Shown: positions 59,863 through 64,000 of the stretch, in pieces | Numbering within the stretch: position 1 is the first letter of the stretch | Layout: every line of letters begins with the position of its first letter | Assembly (NCBI GenBank): GCA_964368945.1 | Contig: CAYJDM010000004.1 | Span: 8,577 to 72,576, forward strand | Length of the DNA: 64,000 bases | From: an uncultured Candidatus Saccharibacteria bacterium | GTDB lineage: Bacteria; Patescibacteriota; Minisyncoccia; Phycocordibacterales; CAIZLB01 | Direction: 5' to 3' | Made by a program: the position numbers and the translations under genes | Notes under the pieces: model-generated | What the model saw: only the letters and a program-made list of their open reading frames with translations | What the model was told of the DNA's origin: nothing | Database searches by the model: none

Positions 59863-61242
59863 ATGATCAGATATCTCAAGCCCAAATCAATCGAGCCCGA
59901 CAGGCATAGAAAAGAGCTGATACTGAATACCATACTCGGATTCTGCCTTTTGATGATCTTTCTGTTCCTGATCATGGTTTTGAACAATGATCTCAATGAT
60001 CGCAGCTATATCGGACTGGGATATTTTCTGATTATCATATCCCCTGTCGCCATCGCATATTACCTATCGAGAAAAGGAAGGATCGCCGCTGCGTCATATC
60101 TGACAATCGGATTCTTCTCATTCGGATTGCTGTATACGGCATATAGCTGGGGCGTAATTCTGCCGACGGTATTGCTCGGAATCGCATTCATCAGCACCTG
60201 CACAAGCCTCCTCATCAATAGCCGCGCAGGCTTCGTGTATGCGATCATATCCAGCGCCACGATATTCGCAATACATATAATGCATGCCACCGGAGTCCAT
60301 GCGCCAGATTATTCATGGACGAGCATTGCGCCGGATGCGATGGACATAGCGGAATATTCGATCCTCATCTTATTCATATCCGGAATATCCTGGCTATCGA
60401 ATAAGCAGACGGAAGCTGCGCTGAATCGAGCCAGGTCATCGGAGCATGACCTCAAGATCGAGCGAGATGGGCTGGAATTGAAAGTGATCGAGCGAACCAA
60501 AGCCCTCGAATATGCCCAAATCGAAAAGACCACCGAGATGTATCGATTCGTAGAATTCGGCAAGCTCTCTGCCGGCTTAATCCACGACCTCATGAGTCCC
60601 CTAACGGCTTTATGCATGCAAGCCGATGAGAAGAATTCCGAGACAATGAATTCACTGATCGGTGCCAGCCGCAAGATCCAGGACATCATCCATGCGACGA
60701 GGAATCAGATCAAAGCGGACTACAAAGTCGAAAAGATAATCCTCGCGCAGATTATCGATGAGGCGACCCTGCTTCATCAGAGCAGGATCAAGAAGCTGAA
60801 TATCGATATTCGAAAAAGCATTCCAGCCGGCCTGTATCTGAACGGCAGCCCTTCCCTTTTATCCCATATTCTGACCAATCTGATCAGCAATGCCATAGAT
60901 GCCCTCGATGAGCGAATCAATCATGACAGATCCGCAGGCCAAGATCCCAAGGCAAATCCTCCAACGCTTGAAATCTATGCGATGCGCAATTCGGACCACA
61001 TAAAGATCATCGTTCGCGACAATGGAATCGGGATCCCTGAGAATATCCGCCAGTCCATCTTCGATCCATTCTTTACGACCAAAAAGCATACCGGCTGGGG
61101 CTATGGCCTTTCGGCTTCCAAGCATATAGCCCAGAAGCATTTCGATGGCACTATTTCCATAGAAACCAAGACTTCGCCCAGCGGCCTCAGCAAGACCTCC
61201 TTCAATCTGACGCTTCCTTTGAAAAAAGAAAAAAGCCGCTGA
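59863..61242 (+). CDS. sensor histidine kinase
   Basis: Multiple N-terminal TM helices, HisKA H-box (GLIHDLMSPL) and HATPase_c (N box NAIDAL, DNGIGIP, G boxes). Confidence 0.75.
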   Translation: MIRYLKPKSIEPDRHRKELILNTILGFCLLMIFLFLIMVLNNDLNDRSYIGLGYFLIIISPVAIAYYLSRKGRIAAASYLTIGFFSFGLLYTAYSWGVILPTVLLGIAFISTCTSLLINSRAGFVYAIISSATIFAIHIMHATGVHAPDYSWTSIAPDAMDIAEYSILILFISGISWLSNKQTEAALNRARSSEHDLKIERDGLELKVIERTKALEYAQIEKTTEMYRFVEFGKLSAGLIHDLMSPLTALCMQADEKNSETMNSLIGASRKIQDIIHATRNQIKADYKVEKIILAQIIDEATLLHQSRIKKLNIDIRKSIPAGLYLNGSPSLLSHILTNLISNAIDALDERINHDRSAGQDPKANPPTLEIYAMRNSDHIKIIVRDNGIGIPENIRQSIFDPFFTTKKHTGWGYGLSASKHIAQKHFDGTISIETKTSPSGLSKTSFNLTLPLKKEKSR

Positions 61243-61279
61243 TAGCGACTCTTTTCTACGATTTTGATCTACCTAATTG

Positions 61280-61580
61280 CGCGGCTGATGGGTGCTGACC
61301 CCACGGCCTCTCCCGTGCGTGACTCCTATATTTTCATATAAGTACGGACTATATCTTTACCATATCTGATTACTCAGGGTTAGGTACTCTGGTATCTAGT
61401 CTCTACGGCGCTCTCCCTAAATCAAGATTGATAAAAGGAGTTCCCTCGGTATTCGCATATTACGAGTCATTTGCATGATTCGAACTTAGCCTTCACCGAT
61501 ATCCCAAAGAGTTTCAATCTGCCTTTAAGCAGAAAGCTGCCAATTTACAGGGGAGTGCTCTACCGTTGAGCTACAGCCGC
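61280..61580 (-). tRNA. tRNA-Asp (GUC) interrupted by a group I intron. Exons are 61547-61580 and 61280-61317.
   Basis: 5' exon: GCGGCUG-UA-GCUC-AACGGUA-GAGC-A-CUCCC-CUGU. 3' exon: CAC-GGGAG-AGGCC-GUGGG-GUCAGCA-CCCAU-CAGCCGC-G. The acceptor, anticodon and T stems all pair. The spliced anticodon loop CUGUCAC equals the universal tRNA-Asp loop, and the discriminator is G. The T-loop GUCAGCA is non-canonical. Confidence 0.6.
61318..61546 (-). mobile_element. group I intron (229 nt) inserted between anticodon positions 35 and 36
   Basis: 5' exon ends in U, with GCAG available as the internal guide sequence. Conserved R-like (GUAGAGACUAGAU) and S-like (AAGAUAUAGUCCGUAC) elements are able to form P7. 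The intron ends in omega-G (..GUCACG). Confidence 0.6.
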
Positions 61581-62240
61581 AATTGTGATGAATTTCTCAA
61601 ATATCGCCCTCTTCCGCCCTAGGAAGAGCGGCGAGGTGAGACCATTATACATAAAACTATAGATTTTCAAAGAGTCTACCCTAGAGAATTGAAGCCTATG
61701 GCAGCCAGTTTTGACCGAAAATAAAGACCCTCTGACCCCAAGGATATCCGCCAGACTGGCCTGAATTTGTTCCAAGAAACGTCTTGAACAGGAGGTGAAC
61801 GCCATAAGCATCGCCACAGATGCATGGGAGGTTTTCCTATTATTCATACCTGTCCAGATATTCCCATCCCCATCGAAAAAACCTCGTATAAAATCCCTTA
61901 TAAATCCTGACGGGACAAAAGGCACGGCAATGCTATTGGTTTTATTTAACCAAAACCCCAATCTGTGCAGATCGTCACACATTTCCTTGCTTCCAATTTG
62001 AAGGCGGTATGTTACTCCACCAAAGCCCTTCTTCTCACGAGCCGAGATACGATGATCCGACCCTATACATGAGCGGATTGATTCAAGTAGATCCTTATCT
62101 GCAATTTGGATTGACCAATACTGACTCCCCCGCTTATTCATTGTAATGTATCCATCTGCAGCAAAAAAACCAAGCACATACGCCATATCGGGCGTCCAAG
62201 TCTTGAAAAAATCCTTATTAACTTTTCGCATCATCGGCAT
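61560..62240 (-). CDS. LAGLIDADG homing endonuclease (double-motif)
   Basis: Two LAGLIDADG motifs (LGFFAADGYI and IRGFFDGDGNI) about 100 aa apart. ATG at 62240 with a TATAAT just upstream. The last 7 codons overlap the tRNA-Asp 5' exon. Confidence 0.7.
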   Translation of the reverse strand: MPMMRKVNKDFFKTWTPDMAYVLGFFAADGYITMNKRGSQYWSIQIADKDLLESIRSCIGSDHRISAREKKGFGGVTYRLQIGSKEMCDDLHRLGFWLNKTNSIAVPFVPSGFIRDFIRGFFDGDGNIWTGMNNRKTSHASVAMLMAFTSCSRRFLEQIQASLADILGVRGSLFSVKTGCHRLQFSRVDSLKIYSFMYNGLTSPLFLGRKRAIFEKFITIAAVAQR

Positions 62241-62354
62241 AAGCAGATTATATGCTCGAATGTGTTTTTGAAAATATTGACAAAAGAAAAGCCGCCGGTA
62301 ATTGCCTACCGGCGGCCGCAATCTACGTACTACAGATTCATTCTGAGCCACACA

Positions 62355-63056
62355 TTAATCGTATCGCAATTTTTTCACATCAAGCCCAAATTCCAAATGG
62401 AATATCCCCTCGACCAATTGGCCGGCAGCCCCCTTCTCCTTGACCCAGGCCGAATGACCTGAAAGAAAAGCCTGTACGGTGGCAGCCTGATCTTTTTCCT
62501 GCGTATCGATCACGAGATCGAAACCGACACAATCTTCCCAGAGGCACTTATCGCCATACAGTCGCTTGTAGCGAGGGCTATCATCCTTGAGATCGCGCTT
62601 AGTGACGCGCCTCATAGATTCCTCCTCCGAAATGCCATCCCTTATCGCTATGCGCCGGGCGCATTCTTCGCGAGGGCAAACCAGCAGGACCTTGAAAGCT
62701 CCGGGCATGAGGATATGCGGAAGACGCCCTTCGCATATCACAAAATCCTGGGTGGCGAAGATATTGAGCATCTGATCCATCTCATTATCGATCCCCCATT
62801 CCGGATGCTCGCGATTCTGCTCCGCAAGAATCTCAATCGGAACGCCGCGCTTGGCGGCAACGGCGCGCATGATATCGCCCCCCGAAGGAAACCTGTATGG
62901 AGCCTTCTCAAATTCCCTTTTCAGGGCAGTGAGAAGAGCGCTGCTACCACAGCCAGAGAGCGAAGTGATAGATGCCTGATGTCTGAAAAACTTGCTATTC
63001 ATGTGTTTTTTGATTTGGTGGATTGAGGATATGCGGATTGAACTGAATTTAGACAA
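62355..63056 (-). CDS. cytidylate kinase-like family P-loop protein
   Basis: ITSLSGCGSSALLTALKREF resembles the Cytidylate_kin2 N-terminus. Followed by a strong hairpin plus T-run at ~62285-62320. Confidence 0.4.
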   Translation of the reverse strand: MSKFSSIRISSIHQIKKHMNSKFFRHQASITSLSGCGSSALLTALKREFEKAPYRFPSGGDIMRAVAAKRGVPIEILAEQNREHPEWGIDNEMDQMLNIFATQDFVICEGRLPHILMPGAFKVLLVCPREECARRIAIRDGISEEESMRRVTKRDLKDDSPRYKRLYGDKCLWEDCVGFDLVIDTQEKDQAATVQAFLSGHSAWVKEKGAAGQLVEGIFHLEFGLDVKKLRYD

Positions 63057-63164
63057 AAAACACTGAGCCTGAAAGGATCAATGTCTGCCGCAAGAATACA
63101 TACCGAAAGCGATATTGGCAAGAAACCCCGCAGGCAAACCTACGGGAAACAGCTCAAAAAAATG

Positions 63165-63238
63165 TGTCGACGGGTGGGATCGAACCACCGACCTGAGGCT
63201 TATGAGTCCTCCGCTCTAACCATCTGAGCTACGTCGAC
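63165..63238 (-). tRNA. tRNA-Met (anticodon CAU; Ile-lysidine not excluded)
   Basis: GUCGACG-UA-GCUC-AGAUGGUUA-GAGC-G-GAGGA-CUCAUAA-GCCUC-AGGUC-GGUGG-UUCGAUC-CCACC-CGUCGAC-A. Canonical arms apart from an A31-G39 mismatch. Confidence 0.75.
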
Positions 63239-63536
63239 GTCCATGTTTTATAACATATCCTGGGCCTAAAATAAAGGCCGCCCAGGCCAGACCCCCGATC
63301 CCCCTTCATTTACTGGCGCAAGACAAAAGCGCGCCTTTCCGGCACGCCTTTGTCTTTGGTCTCTGGCTACTTTGTTGCGGGGCCAAGAATTGCACTTGGT
63401 CATCAAGGTTATGAGCCTTGCATGCAACTGTTACACCTCCCCGCAATTGCATTATCTTTGCTGAATATTACTACGATCGGCCCCAGGACTTGCGCCACTG
63501 AGACCGAAAGCGTTTTACTATATTGACCGAATTCGC

Positions 63537-64000
63537 CTATTTAGTCAAGGTTCCGATTCGGTACTTCGCAAAGACAGCCTGCTGTTCCCGTCCGCCCATG
63601 CCATGCTGCTCGTGAAAATCAGCGGATCCGTCCTTTCCGCAAAGAGACAATATCGCAATATCGCCGCCCTCATGCTGCCCTACGAAAGATGTCATATCAT
63701 ATACGCTGCCATCGACAGCGACCCAGCAGCTCGACGCATCCTTATGAGAAGAGATATCGGCAAGCGTATACGACGACACTGAAGATGAAGCCGTCGTGCT
63801 GGTACTGTTTGTTCCAGAAATATCCGTATTCGTATTCGCCGGAACCGTATTCGGATAACTCACCGCATCAGATTCGGTATTTGCGAATGCCCATGCAATT
63901 CCCGCGATGATAAGGACGATAATGATGATTATTGCGACAAGACCCTTTCCTTCAGAACGATTCGCCGTAGCGTTGGCAGCAGCAGTGCTTTCTTGATTTT
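63537..64000 (-). CDS. cytochrome b5-like heme-binding domain membrane protein, partial (5' end beyond window)
   Basis: VYDMTSFVGQHEGGDIAIL matches the cyt-b5 HPGG-type heme pocket. The reading frame stays open upstream through a TM helix (LVAIIIIVLIIAGIAWAF) to the window edge. The track start codon is a GTG. Confidence 0.55.
   Translation of the reverse strand, partial: NQESTAAANATANRSEGKGLVAIIIIIVLIIAGIAWAFANTESDAVSYPNTVPANTNTDISGTNSTSTTASSSVSSYTLADISSHKDASSCWVAVDGSVYDMTSFVGQHEGGDIAILSLCGKDGSADFHEQHGMGGREQQAVFAKYRIGTLTK

Noticed and set aside
61547-61580. Reading the 5' tRNA half as an intron-less tRNA-Tyr (loop CUGUAAA, anticodon GUA)
   Set aside because: No GGGAG 3' anticodon-stem strand follows. 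A perfectly matching 3' half lies 229 nt downstream, and splicing after U35 yields the exact tRNA-Asp loop.
1-64000. CRISPR arrays, rRNA genes and transposase/IS elements
   Set aside because: None were seen. No short direct-repeat and spacer arrays, no rRNA signature sequences, and no DDE transposase-like ORFs with terminal inverted repeats.

Overview
This 64-kb window is from a bacterial chromosome with mixed GC content. Release factor 2 (prfB) is present, so I assumed standard genetic code 11; this assumption was not tested.

The window opens with a partial metallo-beta-lactamase-fold gene. Next is a three-gene surface module on the minus strand: two membrane-anchored cohesin-like proteins downstream of a 5,304-aa secreted giant protein. 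From N to C terminus the giant protein has a signal peptide, an acidic Ser/Thr-rich region, about 50 Gly-rich repeats of roughly 55 aa, 13 fibronectin-III repeats and a C-terminal type-I dockerin.

An AT-rich composite island of about 15 kb (roughly 20.7 to 36.1 kb) follows.
- It abuts a tRNA-Gln and is bracketed by two related palindromic hairpins.
- It holds a complete CsoR-regulated copper-resistance operon: csoR with a perfect 18-bp operator palindrome, a DUF305 gene, copA, an HMA-membrane fusion gene and a cupredoxin-like gene.
- It holds a prophage or satellite remnant: small and large terminase subunits and a ParB-methyltransferase.
- It holds a large serine recombinase whose start lies in a cluster of repeated AAAACCGCTACAG motifs.
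- It holds a candidate Hachiman-like defence pair: a DUF1837/PD-(D/E)xK-like protein plus an SF2 helicase, with an excisionase-like HTH gene.

The rest is core housekeeping.
- ftsEX, prfB, a TMEM175-family K+ channel gene behind a roughly 340-nt structured leader, an ftsB-like gene, a xylose-isomerase-fold enzyme and lepA.
- A type IV pilin gene next to a Mur ligase gene, a MacAB-like efflux operon with marR, typA, and an OmpR/histidine-kinase pair.
- A tRNA-Asp(GUC) gene interrupted by a group I intron in the anticodon loop, with a free-standing LAGLIDADG homing-endonuclease gene whose 3' end overlaps the tRNA 5' exon.
- A tRNA-Met and a partial cytochrome-b5-like gene.
- A roughly 1-kb GC-rich non-coding stretch downstream of prfB is unexplained.

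All calls rest on reading the sequence and on remembered family signatures. No searches were run.
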